Shown in pieces: positions 41,998-51,234 of a stretch of 64,000 nt of DNA. Below the pieces are notes generated by a model, which was not told where the DNA came from, did no database searches, and saw nothing but the letters and a program-made list of their open reading frames with translations. The stretch lies in assembly GCA_050173015.1 (NCBI GenBank), contig JBFXLE010000007.1, positions 96,001 to 160,000 on the forward strand, read 5' to 3'. Position 1 is the stretch's first letter; the number at the start of each line of letters is the position of its first letter. The position numbers were made by a program, and so were the translations under genes. The stretch is from Calditrichaceae bacterium (GTDB lineage: Bacteria > Calditrichota > Calditrichia > Calditrichales > JBFXGD01).

Positions 41998-44900
41998 CTA
42001 CTCAAGTCTCACTTTCAAACCGAGACCCTGAAGTTCACGGACAAGAACATTGAATGATTCCGGTGTTCCCGGGTCAGGGAGATTTTCTCCCTTCACGATC
42101 GCTTCATAGGTTTTTGAACGACCTGTTACATCATCACTTTTAACTGTCAGGATTTCCTGAAGTGTATATGCAGCACCATAAGCTTCCAGTGCCCAGACTT
42201 CCATTTCTCCAAATCGCTGTCCACCGAACTGGGCCTTGCCACCGAGTGGCTGCTGGGTAATTAATGAATACGGGCCGATTGACCTGGCGTGGATCTTATC
42301 GTCAACCAGATGCGATAATTTGAGCATGTAAATAAACCCGACAGATACATCCTGATCAAATCGCTCTCCGGTCCGACCATCCACCAGACGAACTTTACCG
42401 CTTTCCGGCAAGCCGGCGTTTTCCATTTCAGCAACCAAATCGTTCATTGTCGCGCCGTCAAAAACCGGAGTTGAGTATTTTTTACCAAGTTTATATCCCG
42501 CCCAACCTAAGGTTGTTTCAAAAATCTGCCCAAGATTCATACGAGAAGGAACGCCAAGCGGATTCAATATAATATCAATAGGCGTACCATCGTCAAGGAA
42601 GGGCATATCCTCCATCGGGACAACTCGTGAAACAACACCTTTGTTGCCGTGACGGCCAGCCATTTTATCACCTACCGAAAGCTTTCTCTTTTCAGCAATA
42701 TAAACTTTGGCCAATTGCACTATTCCCGGCGGCAGTTCATCACCGATCATGATCTTATGTTTTTCGCGTTTCAGATCATTCTCAATATCCAAAAGGACCT
42801 GTCTGTAATCAGAGTAAACCTGCCTCACAAAGGTATTTTTGGGATCTTCTTCAAACCAGGTTGAATTTATATCTAAATTTTTAACATCAATTTTTGAAAA
42901 AGTATCTTTCGTTATTACCGTATTTGCTTTTATTGCATTTTTACCGTCAACATAGCGAATTCCAACAGTTTTCATACCGTCAAAATGACCGGATAAATTT
43001 CCCGCCAGTTTCGAAACCACTATTTTGCGTTTCCGCTCGGCTTCCTGCTCAAGCTTTTCAACGATATGCTTCTCTTCTTTCTTTGTGACGGCATCCTTCT
43101 TTTTTCTGGAGAAGAGTCTCGTGTTTATTACGACCCCTTTCATCCCGGGAGGAGCTTTCAGAGAAGCATCCTTTACGTCACCGGCCTTCGATCCGAATAT
43201 AGCTTTCAGCAATTTTTCTTCAGGAGTCGGATCCGTCTCTCCCTTCGGTGTTACTTTCCCAATAATAATATCAGTGGCATTTACTTCAGCGCCAACACGA
43301 ATGATTCCGTTTTCATCGAGATTTTTTGTTGCCTCTTCGCTGACATTTGGAATTTCACGGGTGAGTTCTTCTTCACCTCTTTTTGTATCCCGTACCTGAA
43401 GTTCAAACTCCTGAATATGAATCGATGTGTAGACATCATCCCGAACAACGCGCTCACTCATGATGATCGCGTCTTCGAAATTATATCCCATCCAGGGCAT
43501 AAAGGCAACAAGCACGTTACGGCCAAGAGCAAGTTCGCCATCATCTGTGGCGCAACCATCCGCAAGAACATCGCCTTTTTTTACCTTCTGACCCGGCGCA
43601 ACCAAAGGTCGCTGGTTAATGGATGTATCCTGGTTGGTTCTCATAAACTTTGTGAGCTGATACTCAACTATTTCAGATTGCTCTAAAAGTCTTCCCTTGC
43701 CGGATGTCGGTTGTTTTGGATTATCAAGCCGGATCAAAACCTTGTCCGCATCGACATATTCAACCACTCCGTCATCTTCCGACAATACCAGAGTACCGGA
43801 ATCTTCAGCGACTTTCTTTTCCATACCCGTACCGACAATCGGTGCTTCAGGCACGAGAAGCGGAACAGCCTGTCGCTGCATATTTGATCCCATCAAAGCT
43901 CTGTTAGCGTCATCATGTTCGAGAAACGGTATCAGCGAAGCAGCCGGAGAGACGATCTGATTAGTCGCTACATCCATATAATCAAGCTCTTCGGGAGTGA
44001 CCACCGGGAATTCGCCCTTGTATCTGGCCTTAACCCTGTCTCTTACAAAATTACCACCTTGATCCAACGGCGCGTTAACCTGCGCGATAGTAAAACTATC
44101 TTCTTCGGTAGCGGACAGAAAAGCGATTTCTTTTGTTACTTTTCCCTTTTTGACAACGCGATAAGGTGTTTCAATAAATCCGAAATCATTGATACGCGCA
44201 TGAACACACATGGACGAGATCAAACCAATATTTGGCCCTTCAGGGGTCTCAATCGGACAAAGCCGGCCATAATGTGTGTAATGAACGTCACGAACCTCAA
44301 ACCCTGCGCGTTCACGGGTCAATCCACCTGGACCAAGAGCAGACAACCTTCTTTTATGAGTTAATTCTGCCAGCGGATTTGTCTGATCCATAAACTGAGA
44401 CAACTGCGATGTCCCAAAAAAGGTGTTTATGACTGAGGAAATGGTTCTCGCGTTAACCAGATCCTGAGGTGTCAGCTTATCGGAATCTCCGATATTCATT
44501 CTTTCCTTGATGGTACGCGCCATGCGGGATAATCCCACACTGAACTGTGCTGCCAACTGTTCGCCGACAGTTCTGACACGTCTGTTGCCAAGATGATCAA
44601 TATCATCAGTAGCTCTGATACCTTCGCGTAATTCAAGCAGATATTTAATAATCGCAAGAATATCTTCACGTGTAAGAACAGTTGTTTCGTAGGGGATATC
44701 GAGCTTTAACTTTTTATTGATACGGTAACGCCCGACCGCTCCCATGTCATACCGTTTTTCATTAAAGAACATTCTTTCAATCAGGCTTCTTGCAGTTTCA
44801 ATATCAGGCGGCTCGCCTGAACGCAATTGTCTGTATATAGCCTCGATTGACTGCACATCAGTTCTGGTCGTGTCTTTTTGAAGTGTATTAAAAATGACAT

Positions 44901-45774
44901 TAGGAGAATTAGTATCTCCAAGTTTAATGATTTTAAGCTTTTTGACTCCAAGCTCCAGACACTGCTCCAACAGCTCAGAAGTGAGCTCTTTGCCTTGTTC
45001 GGCGATAACTTCGCCCGTTTGAAAATCAACAAGATCCGACGCCAGCACCTGTCCGGTCAGCATCGGAAAAGCATCCAGAGTTACCTTGACTTCTTCATCC
45101 AAACCAAAGAGCTTTAATATCTCTTCATTTGTTGAGAATCCAATAGCACGTAAAAGCATAGAGACAGGAAATTTCTTCTTCCTGTCAATATACACGAACA
45201 TAACATCATTAACATCGGTTGTAAACTCAACCCATGACCCTCTAAATGGTATTATCCGCGCAGAAAACAACGGCGTACCATTCGGATGCTGGCTTTCGGA
45301 GAAGAAAACACCCGGGGAACGATGAAGTTGACTCACTACTACCCGTTCCGCACCATTTATTATAAATGTACCGCGGAATGTCATATACGGCATGTTGCCA
45401 AGATAGACATCCTGCTCGATAAATTCTGTGAAATTATCCGTTTCCCCGGTCGCGTCTTTTATAGCCAGGCGCATTTTTGCCTTTATCGGAACCGCGTAAC
45501 TTACGCCGCGTTCCTGGCATTCCCTAACGTTGTATTTAGGCTTATCTACGTAATATTCCACATACTGGAGCTCAAAATTACCCGCGCTGTCAGTAATAGG
45601 AAAAATACTCTGAAATACGGCATTCAGCCCTTCAGCTTTACGTTGCTCGGGACTTATATTCGCCTGAATAAAATCTTCAAAAGATCTTGTCTGGATTTCC
45701 AGTAAATTCGGAAAATCCATGACCTGGGGTATCCGCATAAAAGATGACCGTGCAATCGGCTTCTTTTGTTTCAA
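41998..45774 (-). CDS. rpoB: RNA polymerase beta subunit
   Basis: [39 protein letters not shown]. Confidence 0.99.
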   Translation of the reverse strand: MKQKKPIARSSFMRIPQVMDFPNLLEIQTRSFEDFIQANISPEQRKAEGLNAVFQSIFPITDSAGNFELQYVEYYVDKPKYNVRECQERGVSYAVPIKAKMRLAIKDATGETDNFTEFIEQDVYLGNMPYMTFRGTFIINGAERVVVSQLHRSPGVFFSESQHPNGTPLFSARIIPFRGSWVEFTTDVNDVMFVYIDRKKKFPVSMLLRAIGFSTNEEILKLFGLDEEVKVTLDAFPMLTGQVLASDLVDFQTGEVIAEQGKELTSELLEQCLELGVKKLKIIKLGDTNSPNVIFNTLQKDTTRTDVQSIEAIYRQLRSGEPPDIETARSLIERMFFNEKRYDMGAVGRYRINKKLKLDIPYETTVLTREDILAIIKYLLELREGIRATDDIDHLGNRRVRTVGEQLAAQFSVGLSRMARTIKERMNIGDSDKLTPQDLVNARTISSVINTFFGTSQLSQFMDQTNPLAELTHKRRLSALGPGGLTRERAGFEVRDVHYTHYGRLCPIETPEGPNIGLISSMCVHARINDFGFIETPYRVVKKGKVTKEIAFLSATEEDSFTIAQVNAPLDQGGNFVRDRVKARYKGEFPVVTPEELDYMDVATNQIVSPAASLIPFLEHDDANRALMGSNMQRQAVPLLVPEAPIVGTGMEKKVAEDSGTLVLSEDDGVVEYVDADKVLIRLDNPKQPTSGKGRLLEQSEIVEYQLTKFMRTNQDTSINQRPLVAPGQKVKKGDVLADGCATDDGELALGRNVLVAFMPWMGYNFEDAIIMSERVVRDDVYTSIHIQEFELQVRDTKRGEEELTREIPNVSEEATKNLDENGIIRVGAEVNATDIIIGKVTPKGETDPTPEEKLLKAIFGSKAGDVKDASLKAPPGMKGVVINTRLFSRKKKDAVTKKEEKHIVEKLEQEAERKRKIVVSKLAGNLSGHFDGMKTVGIRYVDGKNAIKANTVITKDTFSKIDVKNLDINSTWFEEDPKNTFVRQVYSDYRQVLLDIENDLKREKHKIMIGDELPPGIVQLAKVYIAEKRKLSVGDKMAGRHGNKGVVSRVVPMEDMPFLDDGTPIDIILNPLGVPSRMNLGQIFETTLGWAGYKLGKKYSTPVFDGATMNDLVAEMENAGLPESGKVRLVDGRTGERFDQDVSVGFIYMLKLSHLVDDKIHARSIGPYSLITQQPLGGKAQFGGQRFGEMEVWALEAYGAAYTLQEILTVKSDDVTGRSKTYEAIVKGENLPDPGTPESFNVLVRELQGLGLKVRLE

Positions 45775-45828
45775 AGGCTTACCCTCGCATAAGTTTTGTG
45801 AAAAAATTAAGAATTTTTAGCGAACAGA

Positions 45829-46212
45829 CTATTTAAGTTCTACTACGCCGCCAACTTCTTCGATTTGCTTTTTGATATCTTCTGCTTCTGCTTTGGATAC
45901 ACCTTCCTTAACCGGTTTAGGTGCGCCGTCAACCAAATCCTTCGCTTCTTTCAGACCAAGACCGGTGATTGCCCGAACAACTTTAATAACCTGAATTTTC
46001 TTATCCCCGGCTGCAGTAAGAACAACATCAAATTCGGTTTTTTCTTCGGCAGCTTCGGCAGGAGCCGCAGCAGCAGGACCGGCAGCAACAGCTACTGGAG
46101 CAGCTGCAGTTACACCGAATTTCTCTTCGATATCCTTGATTAACTCAGAGATTTCGAGCATTGTCGCACCTTCGAGATAGCTGAGAACGTCACCTCTTTT
46201 AATTTCTGCCAT
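45829..46212 (-). CDS. rplL: 50S ribosomal protein L7/L12
   Basis: [32 protein letters not shown]. Confidence 0.98.
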   Translation of the reverse strand: MAEIKRGDVLSYLEGATMLEISELIKDIEEKFGVTAAAPVAVAAGPAAAAPAEAAEEKTEFDVVLTAAGDKKIQVIKVVRAITGLGLKEAKDLVDGAPKPVKEGVSKAEAEDIKKQIEEVGGVVELK

Positions 46213-46248
46213 TATAAACCTCCAATACTGACTATAAAATTATTGTTT

Positions 46249-46767
46249 TTATCCCTGTTTCTTATCTTTTACACTATTAATTGTACCGACTAATTTCTGC
46301 ATATTTGCCTGCAACAAACCAACCAATTTCGACATCGGGGCCTGGAGAGTACTGGCAAACTGAGCAATGAGAACTTCTCTTGATGGCAAATTCGCAATTA
46401 CATCTGCCTGTGCCGCATCGAAAACCCGACCTTCAAACAGCACAACTTTCAGCTTAAGAAGTTCTTTCTTCTTGTTAAAATCCTTTAACAATTTTGCCGG
46501 AAGAGTAGGATCATCGTAGCCGATCACAAAACCGGTTACTCCGTTTAAGAAGGGATCCAGCTCGCTTATTCCCGCATTATTTAAAGAAATTTTCGCTAAT
46601 CTGTTTTTAACTACTTTATACTCAACACCTGCTTCTCTGAATTTTTTCCGTATCTCTGTTACAGTAGCTACATCAAGACCAGCGAAATCAGCTAAATATA
46701 CGCTTTTAGCCTTCTTAAACTTGTCTGTAAACTCTTCAACGATCTCAATTTTTCTAGGTGTAGCCAT
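46249..46767 (-). CDS. rplJ: 50S ribosomal protein L10
   Basis: YKVVKNRL, ANLPSREVL; position. Confidence 0.97.
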   Translation of the reverse strand: MATPRKIEIVEEFTDKFKKAKSVYLADFAGLDVATVTEIRKKFREAGVEYKVVKNRLAKISLNNAGISELDPFLNGVTGFVIGYDDPTLPAKLLKDFNKKKELLKLKVVLFEGRVFDAAQADVIANLPSREVLIAQFASTLQAPMSKLVGLLQANMQKLVGTINSVKDKKQG

Positions 46768-46793
46768 GACCTGATCCTTATTGTCTAATTATA

Positions 46794-47492
46794 TTATGAT
46801 GTGTACGACGACACGTTTTTATCTAAATAGATACCTGGGCCCATTGTACTTGAAATTGATATTGATCTCAAATATGTGCCTTTGGCGGATGCAGGACGCA
46901 ACTTTATGATAGCATTTACAAAAGTTTTAATATTTTGAACAATATTATCTTCTGAGAAAGACACTTTTCCAATACCCGTATGGACAATACCCGTCTTATC
47001 AACCCGGAAATCAATTTTACCCGCTTTGATTTCTTTTACCGCCAATTCAACATTCGGTGTTACTGTACCGCTTTTGGGATTAGGCATCAAACCACGGGTT
47101 CCAAGAATCTTCCCAAGCTTGCCAACCATTCCCATCACATCCGGCGAAGCTACCGCCACATCGAAATCAAGCCATCCGCCTTGTACCTTTTCAATGTATT
47201 CCTCTAATCCGGCATAATCAGCGCCGGCATCCAGCGCCTGCTGAACCTTGTCGCCCTTAGTAAAAACCAGCACACGCACTTTCTTCCCGGTACCGAAGGG
47301 GAGCGCAACCGTACCACGGACCATCTGATCAGCATGCCTTGGGTCAACACCAAGCTTCATTGCTATTTCTACTGTCTCGTCAAATTTAGCCGTCGAGGTT
47401 TCCTTAATGATCTTAACAGCATCTTCTACCGGATACTCCCTGTTACGATCAATCTTCTCTAAGACTTGACGATAACGTTTACTTCGCTTCAT
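46794..47492 (-). CDS. rplA: 50S ribosomal protein L1
   Basis: [37 protein letters not shown]. Confidence 0.98.
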   Translation of the reverse strand: MKRSKRYRQVLEKIDRNREYPVEDAVKIIKETSTAKFDETVEIAMKLGVDPRHADQMVRGTVALPFGTGKKVRVLVFTKGDKVQQALDAGADYAGLEEYIEKVQGGWLDFDVAVASPDVMGMVGKLGKILGTRGLMPNPKSGTVTPNVELAVKEIKAGKIDFRVDKTGIVHTGIGKVSFSEDNIVQNIKTFVNAIIKLRPASAKGTYLRSISISSTMGPGIYLDKNVSSYTS

Positions 47493-47512
47493 CCTTACCT
47501 CATTAATAAATT

Positions 47513-47935
47513 TTATTCAACAACAATACCCATGTTGCGAGCTGTTCCTTCAACCATACTCATAGCTGCTTCAATATCCGCAGCGGTCAAATCGGGCATT
47601 TTAATTTCGGCTATCTTTCTAACTTGAGCTTTTGTCACCTTACCGACTTTAACCGTATGCGGTGTCGAAGACCCTTTTTCAAGTCCGGCCTCTTTCAACA
47701 ACAACGTGGCGGCTGGCGGCGTTTTGGTGATGAATGAAAATGAGCGATCTGCATAAACCGTAATCTCAACCGGGATAATCATTCCGCCTTTATCCTGGGT
47801 TTTCGCATTATACGCTTTGCAAAACTCCATAATATTTACACCATGCTGACCGAGTGCAGGTCCGACAGGTGGAGCCGGTTTTGCCTGCCCTGCGGGTAAT
47901 TGCAATTTTATTTTAGCAATTTCTTTTTTTGCCAT
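47513..47935 (-). CDS. rplK: 50S ribosomal protein L11
   Basis: [33 protein letters not shown]. Confidence 0.98.
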   Translation of the reverse strand: MAKKEIAKIKLQLPAGQAKPAPPVGPALGQHGVNIMEFCKAYNAKTQDKGGMIIPVEITVYADRSFSFITKTPPAATLLLKEAGLEKGSSTPHTVKVGKVTKAQVRKIAEIKMPDLTAADIEAAMSMVEGTARNMGIVVE

Positions 47936-47967
47936 AACAAATTAACCCTTAATTATAATACGCATCT

Positions 47968-48513
47968 CTATTTTTCAAGCTCTACCTGAAGGAAATCAAG
48001 CTCTACAGGAGTCAACCTTCCAAATATGCTTATATTAACTTTTACTTTATTCTTCTCTTCGTTTATTTCTTCCACGAAGCCGGTAAACTCATTAAAAGGA
48101 CCATCGACAACCCGGATGGGGTCACCAACCCTGAAAGGAACACTCACTTTACCCTTCACTTCCTTCTCATGACTTTTCTCGATCTTACCAAGCACTGACC
48201 GAACTTCAGAATCTCTTAACGGCACCGGTTCGTTTCTCGGCCCCACAAAACTAATTACACCCGGCGCGTTAACAATTACATGCTTGGTCTGATTATCCAG
48301 CAACATTTCAATGATCATATACCCCGGAAAAAAGACCTTGTTTTTAACGCGCTTTTTTCCATCCTTCATCTCAATGATATTTTCGGACGGGATAACGATG
48401 TTACCAACTTTTTCTTCGATGCCCTGTAGCTTTATTTCGTTTTCTATATGCGCTTTTACCCTTGCTTCTTTACCCGAATACACTCTCAGCGCATACCACT
48501 GCTTGTCGGCCAC
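47968..48513 (-). CDS. nusG: Transcription termination/antitermination factor NusG
   Basis: WYALRVYSG, FFPGY, KOW DGPF, IFGRLTPVELDF. Confidence 0.97.
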   Translation of the reverse strand: MADKQWYALRVYSGKEARVKAHIENEIKLQGIEEKVGNIVIPSENIIEMKDGKKRVKNKVFFPGYMIIEMLLDNQTKHVIVNAPGVISFVGPRNEPVPLRDSEVRSVLGKIEKSHEKEVKGKVSVPFRVGDPIRVVDGPFNEFTGFVEEINEEKNKVKVNISIFGRLTPVELDFLQVELEK

Positions 48514-48536
48514 AGTTTTTCCCTCGCGTTAAAAAT

Positions 48537-48719
48537 TTAATAAAACAATTGAATAAGTTTCGATATTATCGTATCTGCAAAAAATATAAACAGGGTGAAT
48601 GCGATACTCACCGCAATGACCACAACTGTTGAATTAGTTAATTCAGGACGGGTCGGCCATGAAACCTTAGCCATCTCTACCTTAACATCTTCAATGAACT
48701 GCTGTATTTTCTTAATCAT
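48537..48719 (-). CDS. secE: Preprotein translocase subunit SecE
   Basis: EMAKVSWPTR followed by a single TM helix. Confidence 0.95.
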   Translation of the reverse strand: MIKKIQQFIEDVKVEMAKVSWPTRPELTNSTVVVIAVSIAFTLFIFFADTIISKLIQLFY

Positions 48720-48762
48720 ATCTTAACCAAACTCCGGATATTTTGGAAAATAAAAAAGTCAG

Positions 48763-48836
48763 CAGGCCTGGAGGGACTCGAACCCCCAACCCCCGGTTTT
48801 GGAGACCGGTGCTCTAGCCAATTGAGCTACAAGCCT
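48763..48836 (-). tRNA. tRNA-Trp (CCA)
   Basis: AGGCTTG acceptor, anticodon arm CCGGT-CT-CCA-AA-ACCGG, T arm GGGGG-TTCGAGT-CCCTC; no encoded CCA end. Confidence 0.96.
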
Positions 48837-48851
48837 AGCTGTTTTTTTCAA

Positions 48852-49001
48852 TTATTTTGATTCTTTATGCATTGTGTGCGCGTTACATCTCGGGCAATAC
48901 TTCTTGTGCTCTACACGCCCGCTGTGTAATCTTTTATTCTTTGTTGTGGAATAATTTCTTTCTTTGCACTTGGTGCATTCCAAATGTATGATATCTCTCA
49001 C
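48852..49001 (-). CDS. rpmG: 50S ribosomal protein L33 (Zn-ribbon form)
   Basis: Too short for the track; manual translation from [52 protein letters not shown]. Confidence 0.96.
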   Translation of the reverse strand: MRDIIHLECTKCKERNYSTTKNKRLHSGRVEHKKYCPRCNAHTMHKESK

Positions 49002-49019
49002 TATATACACCTATAGTTA

Positions 49020-50210
49020 TTATTGAATAATCTCGGACACAACACCGGCTCCCACCGTACGTCCGCCTTCACGGATCGCGAAACGCAATTCCTTCTCCAT
49101 GGCGATCTCTTTCAGCAACTCGATCTCAACCGTTATGTTATCACCAGGCATTACCATCTCTACGCCGGAAGGCATACTTACCATACCCGTAACATCGGTT
49201 GTACGGAAATAAAACTGCGGACGATACCCGTTAAAAAACGGAGTGTGACGCCCACCTTCTTCTTTTGTCAATACGTATACTTCACCTTTGAATTTGGTAT
49301 GAGGCTTAATTGATCCGCCCTTTGCCAAAACCATACCGCGTTCAATTTCTTCTTTTGTCACACCGCGCAACAGAAGACCAACATTATCTCCCGCTTCACC
49401 GCGATCCAACAACTTGCGGAACATCTCAACACCGGTAACAACCGTCTTGCGATGAGCTCCCAAACCGATCATCTCAACTTCTTCACCAACCGTAACAACA
49501 CCGCGCTCAATTCTGCCTGTGGCCACCGTACCGCGACCGGTAATCGAGAACACATCTTCAACCGGCATCAGGAACGGCTTATCAACATCACGCTGCGGAG
49601 TCGGAATATATTCGTCAACCGCCGCCATTAACTCAAAAATAGCCTTATTCGCTTCATCATCATCCGGATTATTCAACGCGTTCAAGGCGCTGCCTTTTAT
49701 GATTGGTATGTCATCACCAGGAAATTCGTATGAAGATAAAAGCTCACGCAATTCGAGCTCAACCAATTCCAACAACTCCGGATCGTCCACCTGGTCAACC
49801 TTATTCATAAATACTACGATATAAGGCACGTTTACCTGACGGGCAAGCAAAACATGCTCGCGGGTCTGCGGCATCGGACCGTCGGCGGCGCTCACTACCA
49901 GAATCGCTCCGTCCATCTGAGCAGCACCGGTAATCATATTCTTTACATAATCGGCGTGACCGGGACAGTCAACATGCGCATAATGACGATTGGCCGTCGC
50001 ATACTCAACATGAGCAGTCGCGATCGTAATACCGCGTTCACGTTCTTCCGGAGCATTGTCAATACTGTCAAAACTACGGAAAGATGCTGTACCACCTTTA
50101 GCAAGCGCTTGAGTGATCGCTGCAGTTAAGGTTGTTTTACCATGATCAACGTGACCGATGGTACCAATATTTACATGGGGCTTACTTCGATCAAATTTTT
50201 CCTTAGCCAT
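49020..50210 (-). CDS. tuf: Elongation factor Tu (tRNA-linked copy)
   Basis: Same protein as 33446-34636 except the last residue (Q vs A). Confidence 0.99.
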   Translation of the reverse strand: MAKEKFDRSKPHVNIGTIGHVDHGKTTLTAAITQALAKGGTASFRSFDSIDNAPEERERGITIATAHVEYATANRHYAHVDCPGHADYVKNMITGAAQMDGAILVVSAADGPMPQTREHVLLARQVNVPYIVVFMNKVDQVDDPELLELVELELRELLSSYEFPGDDIPIIKGSALNALNNPDDDEANKAIFELMAAVDEYIPTPQRDVDKPFLMPVEDVFSITGRGTVATGRIERGVVTVGEEVEMIGLGAHRKTVVTGVEMFRKLLDRGEAGDNVGLLLRGVTKEEIERGMVLAKGGSIKPHTKFKGEVYVLTKEEGGRHTPFFNGYRPQFYFRTTDVTGMVSMPSGVEMVMPGDNITVEIELLKEIAMEKELRFAIREGGRTVGAGVVSEIIQ

Positions 50211-50261
50211 CGCTATTCCTCCGAAAATTTAAATTTGAAAATGCGCATTACAAAAAACCAG

Positions 50262-50334
50262 AGCCCACGACCAGGATTGAACTGGTGACCTCATCCTTAC
50301 CAAGGATGTGCTCTACCGACTGAGCTACGTGGGC
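50262..50334 (-). tRNA. tRNA-Thr (GGT)
   Basis: GCCCACG acceptor, anticodon arm CATCC-TT-GGT-AA-GGATG, T arm ACCAG-TTCAATC-CTGGT. Confidence 0.96.
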
Positions 50335-50361
50335 TTGAGCCTGATTGCGATTATCTTAGAG

Positions 50362-50435
50362 AGCGGGAGACGGGATTCGAACCCGCGACCAACAGCTTGG
50401 AAGGCTGTGACTCTAGCCAACTGAGTTACTCCCGC
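50362..50435 (-). tRNA. tRNA-Gly (TCC)
   Basis: GCGGGAG acceptor, anticodon arm ACAGC-CT-TCC-AA-GCTGT, T arm GCGGG-TTCGAAT-CCCGT. Confidence 0.96.
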
Positions 50436-50519
50436 TTACTTTCCGTAAACCTATGCGCGGTACAAACATAACCGACAATCTGACTAGACCAACATCGTTT
50501 GAGAAGGTCTATGAGGTTG

Positions 50520-50592
50520 AGCTGGTGAGAGGACTTGAACCCCCAACCGGCTGATTACAAATCAGCTGCTCTACCAATTGAGCTACACCAGC
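50520..50592 (-). tRNA. tRNA-Thr (TGT)
   Basis: GCTGGTG acceptor, anticodon arm GCTGA-TT-TGT-AA-TCAGC, T arm GGGGG-TTCAAGT-CCTCT. Confidence 0.96.
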
Positions 50593-50629
50593 AAAACATA
50601 CAAAAGTCTGATTTTTAAAACAGTTGTTT

Positions 50630-50657
50630 AATTTATAAAATATTTTTCCGAAGTCAA
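50630..50657 (-). promoter_or_regulatory. Putative promoter of the tRNA-tuf superoperon
   Basis: Minus strand TTGACT-N16-TAAATT, about 40 nt upstream of tRNA-Thr(TGT), with AT-rich upstream DNA. Confidence 0.55.
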
Positions 50658-50868
50658 CATAAAAATTGAAAAAATGCGCAATTTTTATTAAATGTATTGA
50701 ACTAAATTTTGTACACTATCCAAACGCTCAAATTAAAATGTTATTTATCAGACAGAAACTTATTTTTTACTTTGAATGATAATAAGATTTTGAACATTTA
50801 TCCGCCAAAAAATTTTTTGCTTTAACAAGACCACATACCAGATAAGATCTGAGCATCTAATAAATTAT

Positions 50869-50897
50869 TTGACATGATAGTTTTAATCGATTAAATT
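50869..50897 (+). promoter_or_regulatory. Putative rpsT promoter
   Basis: TTGACA-N17-TAAATT; AAGGAG/GGTGG SD-like sequence before the ATG at 50950. Confidence 0.65.
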
Positions 50898-50949
50898 AAT
50901 TGATTATTTTAAAATTTACAAACAAATTTTTAAAGGAGAAGGTGGATTC

Positions 50950-51201
50950 ATGGCTCACCATAAATCAGCTATCAAAAGAATTAAAACTTCTGAAGCAGCA
51001 CGCTTGGTTAACCGGCAGCATAAAAGTCGTATCAGAACGGCTATTAAATCAGTATTAGGCGCAGAGAACAAAGAAGCCGGTGAATCCAGACTAAAAGAAA
51101 CTTATGCTCTTTTAGATAAATTAGCCACAAAAGGCATCATCCATAAAAATAAAGCCGCCAATCAAAAATCACGTCTGGCTAAATTTATCAGTAATTTATA
51201 A
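50950..51201 (+). CDS. rpsT: 30S ribosomal protein S20
   Basis: MAHHKSAIKR, KGIIHKNKAANQKSRL. Confidence 0.97.
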   Translation: MAHHKSAIKRIKTSEAARLVNRQHKSRIRTAIKSVLGAENKEAGESRLKETYALLDKLATKGIIHKNKAANQKSRLAKFISNL

Positions 51202-51234
51202 TAAAAAATCCGCTCTAAGCGGATTTTTTATTAT
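51198..51234. terminator. Bidirectional terminator between convergent rpsT and lon
   Basis: Perfect 17-bp inverted repeat ATAATAAAAAATCCGCT-CTA-AGCGGATTTTTTATTAT with T-tracts on both strands. Confidence 0.8.

Noticed and set aside
43025-43960. Long plus-strand ORFs antisense to rpoB (up to 206 aa) and similar ones opposite tuf, rpoC, cheA, clpX and lon
   Set aside because: Shadow ORFs of conserved genes with no SD or motif support; expected from codon bias.
44280-44430. Possible rifampicin-resistance substitutions in RpoB cluster I (and streptomycin sites in S12)
   Set aside because: [25 protein letters not shown] and RVKDLP all match the sensitive consensus.
50593-50949. ncRNA or small ORF in the divergent tRNA/rpsT intergenic region
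   Set aside because: Very AT-rich, explained by two divergent promoters; no stable structure or credible ORF seen.
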